This document shows, piece by piece, positions 12,501 to 23,964 of a stretch of DNA of 64,000 nt (positions within the stretch are counted from its first letter, which is position 1; each line of letters opens with the position of its first letter). This stretch comes from Octopus sinensis. Its lineage: Eukaryota. Where the stretch lies: positions 71,796,001 through 71,860,000 of the forward strand of contig NC_043006.1 in the NCBI RefSeq assembly GCF_006345805.1, given 5' to 3'. The translations under genes and the position numbers were made by a program. The notes under the pieces were generated by a model that searched no databases, was not told where the DNA came from, and was given only the letters and a program-made list of their open reading frames with translations.

Positions 12501-15312
12501 CTTAGACAAAACCTATTGAAGTAGTTTTCATAATGGCTAGATGTTCTTCTTGTCTCCAACTTTCTTTTGCTTTTTAAGAAAGATACTATATCCTTTAATC
12601 CTACAAACAACTCAAAGGCTGGACATGTTTTCAAATACACCATCAATATGTGCATGTGTGTATTGACGGTGTCACAGCTTTGCGAATGTCAAGACAGTTG
12701 GGAGACAAAAATGTGCTCTTGCACACACACGCACACATGTGTGTGTGTGTAAGTATTTTGGCTTCTTACAGTTTTTGTCTACCAATTTTACTCACAAGAC
12801 ACTGATGAGACATTGTTCAGTAGAAGACACTTCAATACCTGGAATGGAAATGAACCTGAAACCATATAATTTCAAAACAAACATCTTAACCACACAGCCA
12901 TGCTAACACCTTATTTATTATTATTATTGTTGTTGTTGTTGTAGCATTTCATCTGTCTTTACATTCTGAGCTCAAATGATGCTAAGGTGGACTTTACCTT
13001 GTATTCTTCTGGGTTGATAAAACAAGTATCAGTTAAGCATTGGGGATGATGTAATTGACTTCTCCCCTCCCCACAAATTTAGACCTCGCTTATCATAAAA
13101 AGGATCATTATTATTAGGAAGGTGGTGAGCTGTCAGAATCATTAGCACACTGGTCCATGCCAGTGCCCCCTGACTGGCTTCTGTGCTGGTGGCACATAAA
13201 AAGCACCATCCAAATGTGGACAATGCCAGTACCCCATGACTGGCTCCCATGCTAGTGGTACATAAAAAGCACCATCCAAACGCGGTGAATGTCAGTGCCC
13301 CCTGACTGGCTCCCAATCTGGTGGCATGTAAAAAGCACCATCCGAATGTGGTCAATGCCAGTGCCCCATGACTGGCTCCCATGCCAGTGGCACGTAAAAA
13401 GCACCCACTACGCTCTCGATGTGGTTGGCATTAGGAAGGGCATCTAGTTGTAGAAACCTTGCCAGATCAGATTGGAGCCTAGTGCAGCTTCCTGGCTTGC
13501 CAGTCCTCAGTCACACTGTCCATCCCATGCCAGCATGGAAAGTGGACATTAAATGATGATGATGATGATCACTGGTCAAAATACTTAGTGGCATTTCTTC
13601 TGACTCTGTTCTGAATTCAACTTCCACTGAGGTTGACTTTGCCTTTCATCCTTTCAGGGTCAATACAATAAGTACTGTCAATGTAATTGACTTACCCTCT
13701 CCCTTGAAATTGCTGGTCTTGTGCCAGAATCTGAAACCAATATTATTACCTCCACCTTAGCAAAGGCAGAGGTATTGTTTTCAGTTGTGTTTGTTTGTTT
13801 GTCCATGGACAAATATCTCAAGAACTGCTGGATGGATTTGGATGAAACTTTCAGGGATGTTTGGCCTCGTGGCTGGCACGAACTATTAGATTTTGGGATT
13901 GATCTGGTACCGGACAAGGATTCTGGGTTTTTTACTTAATTTTTGAAAGCAGTTGGGTTCATTTTTAGTATTCTCATTTGTGATAGCAGTCGAGTTTATT
14001 TCTGATATTTACACTTTAAAAATCATCTTTGGCTAATCGTTGAGAGGATGTTGGTGTTACCTTGGTGGAGATTTGTGCTCTTTGAGTGCTCTTGTTATTA
14101 TTGGTTTTGATTCCTGGATTGGGCATTGTATTCTTGAGTAAAACACTTCGTTTCACATTGCTCCAGTCCAATCAGCTGATGAAAATAAGTAATCCTGCAA
14201 TGGGCTGGCATCCCATTCAAAAATGGGTGATATATGCTCTACAGAAACTAGCCCTATAAGTCTATATGTCTCAGGAAGGATCTTTATCCCTCTTTTTTTG
14301 GCATTTCATCTGTTGCTATCATCATCATCGTTTAACGTCCGCTTTCCATGCTAGCATGGGTTGGACAGTTCGACTGGGGTCTGGGAAGCCAGGAGGCTGC
14401 ACCAGGCCCAGTCTGATCTGGCAGTGTTTCTACAGCTGGATGCCCTTCCTAATGCCAACCACTCCGTGAGTGTGGTGGGTGCTTTTTACGTGCCACTGGC
14501 ACAGGGGCCAGGGTAGGCTGGCAACGGCCCTGATCGGTTGGTGCAGGTAAAATTCTGTCAAGGTTGACTTTGCCTTTCATCCTTTCAGGGTCAATAAAAT
14601 AAGTACCAGATAAGCACTGGGGTCGATGTAACTGGCTTCTGCTCTCCCCTGAACTTGCTGGCCTTGTGCCAAAATTTGAAACCATTATTATTATTAGGAT
14701 GAAGAGTTGACCAAATCATGAGTTCAGGAAAAAAGGCTTTGCTGTATCTGTTCCAACTCTTTACATTTTGGATTCAAATCACATCAGCATCAACTTTGCT
14801 TTTCCATCAAGGGTTTGATAAAATCATCATCATCATTGTTTAACGCCCATTTTCCATGCATACATGGGTAAGACGGTCACAGGAGCTGGCCAGGTAGAAA
14901 AACTACCCTCTGCTACTGTTTTGGCAGGGTTTTTATGACTGGCTGTACTACCTAACACCAACCACTCTGCAGAATAGGCTCAGTGCTTTTTACATGGTAC
15001 TTGCACAGGAGAAGATAGTTTTGGCATGATTTTTAGAGCTGGATGTCCTTCCAAATGCCAACCACTTTTCAGCGTGGACTGAATGCTTTTTAATTACTAA
15101 CCCCTACCCCCAACTGCTGGCTTTGTGCCGAAATTTGAAGCATTTATTATTGTTATAACATTGCTGTTTGTAATTGTAATTCTTGTTGTTGTTGCAGGGA
15201 CTTGGCCATACAACTGAAGTTTGCAGTTGATGACAGTGAGATGAAGGAGCAACTTTATGATACTGGCTACTGGACCACTGGAATATCAGCTGTCATTTCA
15301 CCAGACAGATAA
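1037..15312 (+). CDS. PRMT6: Type I protein arginine N-methyltransferase, PRMT6-like; ten coding exons joined (1037-1104, 2384-2425, 4542-4642, 5572-5619, 6940-7008, 7551-7621, 8423-8505, 10585-10804, 12299-12406, 15198-15312); 5' incomplete
   Basis: All introns are GT-AG and phase-compatible; 925 nt = 1 nt + 308 codons including the stop. The spliced protein has motif I (IADIGAGTG), post-I (VYAIEAS), motif II and double-E loop ([20 protein letters not shown]), motif III (WLKSNGYLFP) and THW loop (LTHWSQ). RLGLWEDMASRYKVAM resembles PRMT6 RLGFW..VK..YGVDM. Family is certain; the PRMT6 subfamily call is less so. Confidence 0.9.
1860..2182 (+). mobile_element. 5'-truncated RTE-clade LINE 3'UTR (family B)
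   Basis: ggcgttaggaagggcatccagctgtagaaa...ggatgttaaacaa(TGA)n tail; about 15 copies in the window on both strands. Confidence 0.8.
2384..2425 (+). CDS. PRMT6: PRMT exon (G)ILSIFCIHAGAKK(V)
   Basis: ttttctatttcAG acceptor, GTagg donor at 2426; phase 1/1. Confidence 0.92.
4542..4642 (+). CDS. PRMT6: PRMT exon (V)YAIEASNMVVQTQLVIKENGMDSKISVIKGKVE
   Basis: Polypyrimidine tract + cAG acceptor, GTaag donor at 4643; post-I motif. Confidence 0.93.
5045..5535 (+). mobile_element. SINE family A, full length, in PRMT intron
   Basis: Head gtgactgtgtggtaagtagcttgc, core, (TA)n/(TG)n hinge, tail gactgaaataaataaaagag. Confidence 0.88.
5572..5619 (+). CDS. PRMT6: PRMT exon [16 protein letters not shown]
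   Basis: ttttcttgcAG acceptor, GTgagt donor at 5620; motif II. Confidence 0.95.
6340..6665 (+). mobile_element. RTE 3'UTR copy (family B)
   Basis: Tandem ggtggcacgtaaaaagcacc units and a ggacgttaaacgatgatga end. Confidence 0.82.
6940..7008 (+). CDS. PRMT6: PRMT exon [23 protein letters not shown]
   Basis: tgttttcAG acceptor, GTaagt donor at 7009; second Glu of the double-E loop. Confidence 0.95.
7140..7520. repeat. ACC/CAC-rich low-complexity intronic tract
   Basis: (CAC)n and repeated accagtaccacacaaca, between two PRMT exons. Confidence 0.75.
7551..7621 (+). CDS. PRMT6: PRMT exon NGYLFPSTATLYIAPFVDEDYED(R)
   Basis: tctatttcAG acceptor, GTaagt donor at 7622; motif III. Confidence 0.93.
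8423..8505 (+). CDS. PRMT6: PRMT exon (R)LGLWEDMASRYKVAMKSMIPFAKKCIS(A), dimerisation arm
   Basis: ttttatttgcAG acceptor; the GTtggt donor at 8506 gives the phase required by the next exon. Confidence 0.88.
8622..9013 (+). mobile_element. SINE family A, near full length
   Basis: Same head, core and tail as 5045-5535, ending (GTAAAAGA)n. Confidence 0.88.
9932..10133. repeat. Perfect 83-bp inverted repeat with 36-nt AT-rich spacer (foldback/MITE-like)
   Basis: 9932-10014 is the exact reverse complement of 10051-10133. Confidence 0.92.
10585..10804 (+). CDS. PRMT6: PRMT beta-barrel exon (A)NVELK...HGFSLWFDVEFPGNIILSTSPFT(E)
   Basis: ctattttcAG acceptor, GTaagc donor at 10805; HGF..WF.V.F and LSTSP motifs. 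Confidence 0.95.
11644..12272 (+). pseudogene. Degenerate partial duplicates of the PRMT THW exon 5' end (pseudo-exons at 11644, 11701, 12232)
   Basis: attaacacac...tgtatgt copies: 31/41 (12232, ungapped) and 35/43 (11644) identical to the exon start at 12299; each is preceded by gtcAC or gtgAC instead of gtcAG. Confidence 0.75.
11735..11960 (+). mobile_element. tRNA-derived SINE family C, young copy with 16-bp target-site duplication
   Basis: TSD TACCCTATAATATACT at 11719-11734 and 11961-11976; A-box TGGCAGAATCG, B-box GAGTTCAAACTCC; CpGs retained. Confidence 0.92.
12299..12406 (+). CDS. PRMT6: PRMT THW-loop exon (E)LTHWSQVVLYVHEPFQTVQDTTIKGKIKLEKGKQP(R)
   Basis: ctttgtcAG acceptor, GTaac donor at 12407; not in the ORF track because it is short. 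Confidence 0.93.
13140..13570 (+). mobile_element. RTE 3'UTR copy with 66-bp tandem units
   Basis: accatcc/acccac anchors at 13205, 13271, 13337, 13403; (TGA)n tail. Confidence 0.85.
13744..14096 (+). mobile_element. Non-autonomous Helentron-type element (HINE / DINE-1-like)
   Basis: 5' tattacctccacc..ggcagaggt hairpin, (GTTT)n microsatellite, ggatttggatgaaactt, 3' cttggtggag subterminal inverted repeat, gagtgctcttgtt end, T-rich flanks. Confidence 0.6.
14100..14280 (+). mobile_element. tRNA-SINE family F fragment (other copies 29040-29285 -, 35200-35420 -)
   Basis: ttgattcctgg...ttcttgagtaaaacacttcgtttcacattgctccagtcca is shared with reverse-complement copies. Confidence 0.7.
15198..15312 (+). 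CDS. PRMT6: PRMT terminal coding exon (R)DLAIQLKFAVDDSEMKEQLYDTGYWTTGISAVISPDR*
   Basis: ttgttgttgttgcAG acceptor, phase 2 compatible, TAA at 15310-15312; matches the last beta-strands of PRMTs. Confidence 0.85.
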
Positions 15313-18300
15313 CTTGCTTGGAAAATGTTTGCATGGATGTGTGTGTGTATTCTAGTATTATCATTATTCATTAACATTATTATTATAATGGCAGTGAGCT
15401 GGCAGAATCATTAGCATGCCAGACAAAATACTTAGTGGCATTTTTTCCAGCTCTTTACATTCTGAGTTCAAATTCCACTGAGGTCCACTTTGCCTTTCAT
15501 CCTTTCAAGCTTGATAAAATAAGTACCAGTTGAGCCCTGGGGTCGATATAATCGACTAGGCCCCTATCCCAAAATTTCAGGCCCTCTACCTAAAATAAAA
15601 AGAATTATTACACAGTGAAATTCAAGAGTCTATATAAGTTTATATATCACAGGGAAAGTGGACATTTGGCATTTTGGGGCCTGGCTCTCTGTCTCAGATA
15701 AACCAAATTGTTTCGAAATCCCTTTTTTCTCAGATGAAGTATCAGTCCCCAAAATGTCACTCCTACCCTTTTTGCTCCTTCTCCACAAACTTACCCCAGA
15801 CTCGTGAATTTTCCCAATATAAAATTGGCCAGTGCAGAACACCACCATTTCCCTCAGGCTCTACAACTACTGCTGCTGCTGCTACAAGATTAGTGGGTTA
15901 GCAGAACCATTGTAGCATCAGAAGAAAAATGCCTTATGGTATTTCCTCTGGCTCTCTACATTCTGAGTTCAAATCCCACCATGGTCAACTCTGCTTTTCA
16001 TTTTTTCACGATTGGTTAAATAAGACACCAGTCAAGTACTGGGGTCAATTTAATTGACCGTTCCCTCTTACAAACATCATTACTATTATTATTATGAAAG
16101 CAGCAAATAGCTGGCTTGCTAGAGCACCAGAGTGTGTGTCAGTTTGATCAGGTACGCCCTGCTCCCCTCCAATAAATCATTCGTTATTATCGAGGCCTGT
16201 GCCTATGGTAGAAATCACTGGATTGGCAGAATCAGTAGAGCATTGGATGAACTGCCTTGTGGTATTTAGCTGCATCCCGTTACATTCTGAGTTAAAATTC
16301 TGCTGAGGTTGATAGCATAAGTGCCATCATGTACAAGGTTGATTAAATCAGCTATACTCTGAACTCTTAATTTGGAATCTTGTGCCTCTGTTACAAATCA
16401 ACATTATTATTATTACTATTATTATTATGTTGAGGAAAACAGTTGTTTGTTTGTTTTTTTTTACAAGACTCACACCTATGCACCACTCCATTCCACTCTC
16501 GCCTCTTACCTCTCTAATTCTGCAGGATTTTTATTTATGATTTTTATGCTTTACTGTATATGATTTTTTTTATATTTTAATTACTAGCATTCTTAATTTA
16601 AAATTTTAATTTCAATTTAATGAAATGCCAAAAACTTTATCCCCTCCATTCCGCTAAAACGTGTGTATTTGTGTGTGTGTGTGTTGGACAGAGAGAGAGA
16701 GAGAAAGAAAGAGAAAAAAAAGACACATGAAACCTCTCTCTCTCTCCAAATCCACAAGAAAAAGTAAAAAAAAAATTAATTAGTAAAAAACCGGAAAAAA
16801 CTCAAAACCATTCTGTAGAAGCGTTTTTCAGAAGAATCTCCCAAAGACACCTTTGATACAAGACTGTCAATGGTAGTATGTGATTGATATACAATGACAG
16901 AGGTGATGTTTATAAAACATTGTCTTAGAGGTATTTTCAGTAAAAGCTAAGTTTGCTGTGGGGAATGACTTGCTAAATTATTTCATTGTTTATTTTCAAA
17001 TGTTGTTTTTATGTTTTAGTAGTTGTTTTATAAATACTTTACTTGCAGTTAACGTCTTTCTCTCTCTCTCTCTCTCTCTCACTTTTAAACACAAATGGGG
17101 TTTAAAATTTACTACAGCTGTTTCGGTAGCATTTTATTGATGCATTCATAGATTACATCATAGCATAAATCCACCATCCCCAGATACAATTTTTAAACAT
17201 ATATAAACAGGTAAGGTGAAACTCCAAAAATGACCTGTAATTTAAATGTTTACTTTCCAATACTCGCATGGGTCAGGCAAAGTTTGTTGAGGTGGGTTTT
17301 TCTACTGCTGAATACTCTTCCTGTTGCCAACTTTCACCTTTTTACAAGTAAAGTAATATTTCTCCATGACCAGACATGTTTTTACAGGCGGTTGCAAATG
17401 GACACCACTTGTATAATGGTGATACTTGTTTATAACTATCATGTGAATTCAAGGCAAGGAGACAGAACACATGCACGTGTATGTGTGTGTGTGTGTATAC
17501 ATACATATATATATATATATATACATACACAACAAGCTTTTTTAGATTCATCATCATCATTTAACGTCCGCTTTCCATGCTAGCATGGGTTGGACGATTT
17601 GTTTGAGGTCTGGCGAAGCAGATGGCTGCACCAGGCTCCAATCTGATCTGGCAGTGTTTCTACAGCTGGATGCCCTTCCTAACGCCAACCACTTTTACGT
17701 GCCGCCAGCATGAGGGCCAGTTAGGCGGTACTGGCAACGGCCACACTCAAATGGTGCTTTTTATGTGCCACCTGCACAGGAGCTAGTCCAGCGATCCATT
17801 TCAAGGCTTTCATTAGCCCAAAGCTATAGTAGAAGATACTAACCCCAAGATGTCATGAACCTGGAATCGTGTGGTTGGGAAACAAACCTCTTACCACACA
17901 GCCATGCTTGTACCTATATATGTCTCTGTGGCGCAGCTGGCTTCTCTCTCTCTCCACATACACATACAGAGAGTACAAGATGCTCCTTGAAGGAGAGGAA
18001 CTCACATAAGAAATGATTCTGATTTTCGACGACCCATTCAACACATGCCAGGATGAAAAGTGTATATACATGTGCTTTAATACAAGGTGACTCAACAGAA
18101 GAACTCAAGACATATTACATTTTTACCCCCTTTCTTTTCAGCAGTGATGTACAGTGGGCTAGATTATCCAACATCTGTGTTTTAAGACAGTCTGATGTGG
18201 TTTTAGAGTGATTTGGCTGCTATTTCCTTGATTGTTCGATATGTGTGTATAAGCTACAAGTACAGTAAGCTTTACAAATGAGAAGAAAAAGGGAGCTCAA

Positions 18301-18619
18301 TACATCATCATTTACTATCTACTTTTCCCTGCTTACGTGGGTTAGATAAAATTTGTTGAGGCAGATTTTGTATAGCTGGATGTTCTTCTCTGTTTCCTAA
18401 CAAAGTAATATTTTCCTATGGTTAGACACATTTTCTACAGAAGACTCGAAAGGAACAACATTGCACAACCATCACATGATGTCTAGAGAAGGTTACGCAC
18501 TATAAGCTTCTTTCAGTTTCCACCTACTAGATCCACTCACAAGGCTTAGGTTGGCATTATTAGAAGACACTTGTCCAAGGTGCTATGCAATGGAATTGAA
18601 CTTAAGACCAAACGGTGGG

Positions 18620-19318
18620 GAAGCAATCTTTTTAACCAGTGCTTGAGAAGACTTGGCAAGCCAAGTGAGACCATAACCTCGTGGCCTATGCCAGGGGTGT
18701 AACCAGCCGACTTATGTGTACCTTTCCTATGGTTAGACACATTTTCTACAGAAGCAATCTTTTTAACCAGTGCTTGAGAAGACTTGGCAAGCCAAGTGAG
18801 AACATAACCTTATGGCCTATGCCAGGGGTGTAACCAGCCCACTTATGTGTACCTTTCCTTCATTGGACACTAAACTTTGCTTGCAAACACCTGTTGAGGC
18901 AAGTGAAATTGAAATCAAATTCGATGACTGGCATCCGTGCTAGTGGAGCACTAAGAGTACCATCCAAGCATGATCGTTGCCAGAGAACAAACTGGCTTCC
19001 GTGCTGGTGGCACGTAAAAAGCACCATTTGAGCGTGATCATTACTTGTGTCACCTTACTAGCACTTGTGTTGGTGACATGTGAAAAAACATTTGAGCGTG
19101 GCCGTTGCCAGTACTGCCTGACTGGCCCTCGTGCCGGTGGCATGTAAAAGCATCCACTACACTCTCGGAGGGGTTGGCGTTAGGAAGGGCATCCAGCTGT
19201 AGAAACTCTGCCAGATCAGATTGGAGCCTGGTGCAGCCATCTGCTTCGCCAGACCTCAGTCAAATCATCCAACCCATGCTAGCATGGAAAGCAGACGTTA
19301 AACAATGATGATGATGAA
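18620..19318 (+). mobile_element. Longest RTE 3' copy: end of ORF2 (VLEKTWQAK*) plus full 3'UTR, with an internal 109-bp duplication
   Basis: GTGCTTGAGAAGACTTGGCAAGCCAAGTGA at 18639-18668 matches the VLEKT end of the RTE relic at 51530-51670, which links family B to an RTE LINE. Confidence 0.78.
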
Positions 19319-20272
19319 CCACACCTAGACCTATTAATACATTTGATATTTATATTAGGATAGTAGAATCATAAGAACAGGAGAAAAAAGTGCTTCATAG
19401 TATTTCTTTCAACATTTTACATTCTATCTTCAAGTCACACAGGGGTAACGTTGCTTTTCATCCTTTCAGAATCAATAAAACAAAGTACCAGTGAAGTACT
19501 GGGGTTGATATAATCAACTTGTCCCCTTCCTTCAAAATTGTGTTGAAACAAGAAGCTTTTCTTTAACTTTTTTGTTGAAACTGAAAAACACCTCAGAAGT
19601 TACTCAAGAGCCCTGAGTTTCATGTGTAACACTTATCACCTTAGAAAGCATTTCATATGTCTGTTTATACTTTTAGCATAGAATCAGTCGAACATTTAAA
19701 AATCTTTCTGTAATGTCATGTGATGATAGTTTATAAATTAGAAATCTGAGAAATGGTGTTGGTTGATGGATATAGAAGCTGGAAGATCTCAAGAATTGAA
19801 GCTGTGATTACAAATTATTTGTTCTCATCAATCCTTTCATAATCATATGTCTAACGAGAATATGTTGCCTGTGTCTATTCTTTAGTTATTGTGTTTAAAT
19901 TGTGATATTCAAAATAACCAAGAATTTGAAAAGGTTTAATAAATTTACTATAACTCTTTCTAAATCTTATATATTTGTTGTGTTCCAGACAACAGGTTAA
20001 TATAGCAGAAAACACATAAATGTTTATAGATGATAAAATCTTGGGATATCATTTAAGTTATAATGAAATTTTGGCCCAGGTTTTAATTGAAATATGAACC
20101 CTTTAGTGTGAACAGTTTTGACTATGGAACCCTAGAGATATTTCATGCAGGCATCAGAATATTTAATTTGGAACTTTTGAGGCAAAAATCCTTCACAGCA
20201 AAACTAAGTAAAAGATAATTTCTTTGAACTATATATATATATGTATATATATAAAATATATATATATATATA

Positions 20273-20665
20273 GGCACAGGCATGGCTGTGTGGTAAAAAG
20301 CTTGCTTCCCAACCACATGGTTCCTGGTTCAGTCTCAGTGCGTGGCAACATGGTAAGTGTCTTCTACTATAGCCTCAGGCCGACCAGAGCTTTGTGAGTA
20401 GATTCAGTAGATGGAAGCTGAAAGAAGTTCATCCTGTGTGTGTGTGTGTGTGTATATATATATGCTTGTATATGTTTGTGTGTCTGTGTATGTTCACTTG
20501 GCAACCAATATTGGTGTGTTTGCATCCTTGTAATTTAGTGGTTCAGCAAAAGAGACCGATAGAATAAGTACTAGGCTTACATAGAATAAGTCCTGGGGTC
20601 GATTTGTTCGACTAAAGGTGGTGCTTCAGCATGGCCACAGTTAAATGACTGAAACAAATAAAAGC
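20273..20665 (+). mobile_element. SINE family A, full length
   Basis: ggcacaggcatggctgtgtgg head through gactgaaacaaataaaag tail. Confidence 0.87.
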
Positions 20666-20839
20666 AAAGATGAAAAATAAAAGAATATATATGCGTGTAC
20701 GTCTTTGTGTCTATGTCTGCCCCACCACCACTGCTTGACAACTGGTGTTAGTGAGTTTATGTCTCTGTAACTTAGTAGTTCGGCAAGAGAGACCAATAGA
20801 ATAGGTACCAACCAGGCTTAACAAAAGATAAGTACTGAA

Positions 20840-20923
20840 GATATATATATCTATGTATGTATATGTGTATATATATATATATGTATGTATATATACATAT
20901 GTGTGTGTATATATATATATATA

Positions 20924-20975
<52 letters not shown>
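20840..20975. repeat. Compound (TA)n/(TG)n microsatellite
   Basis: Directly visible. Confidence 0.95.
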
Positions 20976-20977
<2 letters not shown>

Positions 20978-22499
20978 ATGTGATTGATTTGGTAGTTGAA
21001 ACTGAAGGAAACTAGTTTTGTAAATATCAACATTTTAACATCCACTCTTCCATGCTTCTTTGGGTTGACCAAAGTTTATTGAGGCAGATTTTCTATAGAC
21101 AGACACCTTTCCAACTCTCACCATTCAATCAAACAACTAAATGTTCATTATTGGAATCAATAGAGGATCCATTATTCTATATGGTGGATGTGTTAATATA
21201 TTATATTGTATACTATTTTATACTCCTGCTTTGAAAGCAGCAACTGTATGAACACAGAACTACTATGTTTAAAATTGCAATCTATATTTTAAATGTTGGG
21301 ATATAGCAAGAGGTTTCCAATAGAGAGGCAGCCACGTTAACACAGTCTTTAAATAGTGCATGCACACACAAGCATGCAGTTGACATAGATCAAAAGCATT
21401 TGATCTGTGTCAAACATAATGTAGTAAAGCGTTCCCTTAAGAACTGTTGTAGATATGCATCCAATTGCACCATGAACATCCACTGCAGAGGATGCAAACA
21501 GCCACACTGGCAAGATGTGTGTAGGAAACAAGTGGTATAAACAGCACCTTGTTTTTATCATATTTTTCACTATATTTCATCTGTATACTACAATCGGTAA
21601 TTCTGTTTAGTACAGTAGTATCCATATCTGTAGACTGGATAATGATCTTCTATATGGAGCTCTAAATCCACTCGTAACAGTTGTACATTTAACTGTTCAA
21701 ATAGGAAAATTATATATGTGTGTGTGAGAGAGAGAGAGAAAGAAAGAAAGCAGAAAGAAGTGAACACCATCCCTCCCTCCCTCACTGTCAATATCATGAG
21801 TCATCCTTAGACTACAACTGTTACCTCTATCCCTATGTAGGATGGTTATATTTTATATTTTGTATGGCTACCACTAGTAGTCTCCATTACTGTTTTCCCT
21901 TACTCAGCTCTTGGGAATGAATCCATGGAGTTCGACAATTGGTATACACTCTGAGATGCTGCGAATCTGTGTTGGTGACTGACTCTTGTGTCTTTCTAGG
22001 ATGACAAAATGTTCCAGATACACCTGCAACCATCATAAATGACAACATGCCAAAATAAGGGGAAACAACTTTTTATACTCGGCCAATAAGAGCTTTTTGT
22101 ACAACAGAGCCAACCTCTTTAAGGGGATAGTAACTTTGACAAAGAATAGTGTCTTGCCACTATAGGGCGATTGGCATAAAATACAGTTATACACTGTATG
22201 ACTTCACAGCAGCAAAGACAATAATGAGATCCATCTAGGAAAAAGATATATCAGGATTGTATGTTATGTAATGTATAACACAGCAACAGGTACTGTGTTG
22301 ACAATGCAATATATATTGTATAATATATCAATCAAATAGGCATATGTATACATTTATACATATATATATTTGATGTAGCCATTGGTTATGGCCAATCAGA
22401 AAGTTACCATTGGTTTCACACCTCCATATGCATGCACACATGTATATCATGACTCGTACTGTTGACTTTCCTGACTTTTGTACATAATTCTATGTACTG

Positions 22500-22565
22500 T
22501 ACATGCCACTTTGATGAGTTGTAGTGCACCTGAGCACTATACATAATAATTTATTTATTATTATT
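22500..22565 (+). repeat. Unclassified retroelement 3' end with (ATT)n tail; reverse-complement copy at 53125-53230
   Basis: gatgagttgtagtgcacctgagcact occurs in both places on opposite strands. Confidence 0.55.
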
Positions 22566-23573
22566 ATTACGCACTTAGCAATATTAGTGACTCATCAGAC
22601 CTGCTGGCTAGAAGTACATAACAAATATATATTAATCAGAGGCAAACCAAGCTGTGTTGAATGAAATATAAATATGTAATAGTCATATCAGTCATATTTA
22701 ACATGTTCATGTACATTTGGATATGGAAAGATAATATGTTGTACAAGTTGTCATCAGAGAAGAAATTCTCCTTTTAGATAATATGAGTGTAAGCACACCA
22801 TTAGGCCAACTATGTATACTGAGCTCAGTATACATAGCTAGTGAAGTATAATGCAAAAATGCAGGTGTCTTATGGTTCAGTGAAGACATTCATAGTCTAG
22901 TGGTGTGTTTACACCCATATTGTCTACAAGGAGAATTTCTTCACTCAAGACATGAACAACATGTTGTCCTTCCATGTCTAAATGTACATGAACATGTGAA
23001 ATATGATTGTAGATAGCCATATGTATGTATTTATATACATGTGTACAGTTATGTATGATCATTAAAATACATTTTAAGCATTACTCAAGAATGCATTACA
23101 TAATATATCAACAAATCTACTATATCACTGGATCTTTTTAGTTACATGATTTACAGATCACTTCCCTGATTGGTGGTGGTAAGCAGGCCCAGTTCAAAAG
23201 AATATCAGCTGTGATCAATATCCTGTATATTTTTTCAGACATAATATATCTAGGACAACAGCAAAATAATGAGTCATCCTTTTATTAAGATGGCAAGGTG
23301 TGATTTAACTGTTATTTTTAGCTGGTCAAGTGACCAGAGATTTTTTTTTTCACTAGCTCATGGTATACATTTAGTTGAAGAGTATTCCTTCCACGGTCAG
23401 ACTGTAGTTTAAGACTATATTAATCCCTTCTTTTATAAGGACAACAGTGTGAATTGAAAGAGATTTGCGTTGCTATTTCTAAAAGATAAGTAACTACACA
23501 GAGGCTTCCCCCTGTGGCAGCTGCTAGAGTTTTATCAGCCTGTTTGTAAAGTTATCTAGTCTTTCTGATAATT

Positions 23574-23579
23574 TTTATT
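23574..23579 (-). promoter_or_regulatory. Candidate polyadenylation signal AATAAA of the 365-aa ZNF gene
   Basis: tttatt on the + strand about 390 nt past the stop, just before flanking repeats begin; position only. Confidence 0.35.
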
Positions 23580-23964
23580 ATCATTTTCATAATATGTAAT
23601 CAACTGTTTTCTGTTGGAAAATATTAAATTTGTCAACCAAGCAGACTTTCATTTCTTCACTGATTTGGAGGATTCTGTTATCATTTTATCTATGGCAGCA
23701 TTATCGTTCACAAATCAAATGTATTTAGATGTTATATTTTTCTTTCCTGTGTTTACAAAAAAAGGTACAGTGTGTCTTAACATTTGAATGTTTTCCATTA
23801 CTTTTTTTTCCTTTCTTTTTTTCTTCTTTACTATTATTTCTAATGTGATGTTATTTTGGCACTGAACCATTCCTTATTAAGTTGATAGGGGTCAGTGTTC
23901 TTGAAATTACATCTCAGCAAAGATTGGAACCAATTTAAGGTTCCCTACCTTAAAGCAACTTACC

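Noticed and set aside
19720-19749. Box C (TGATGA) ... box D (CTGA) pair suggesting a snoRNA
   Set aside because: Only 30 nt, no terminal stem, and not in an identified intron.
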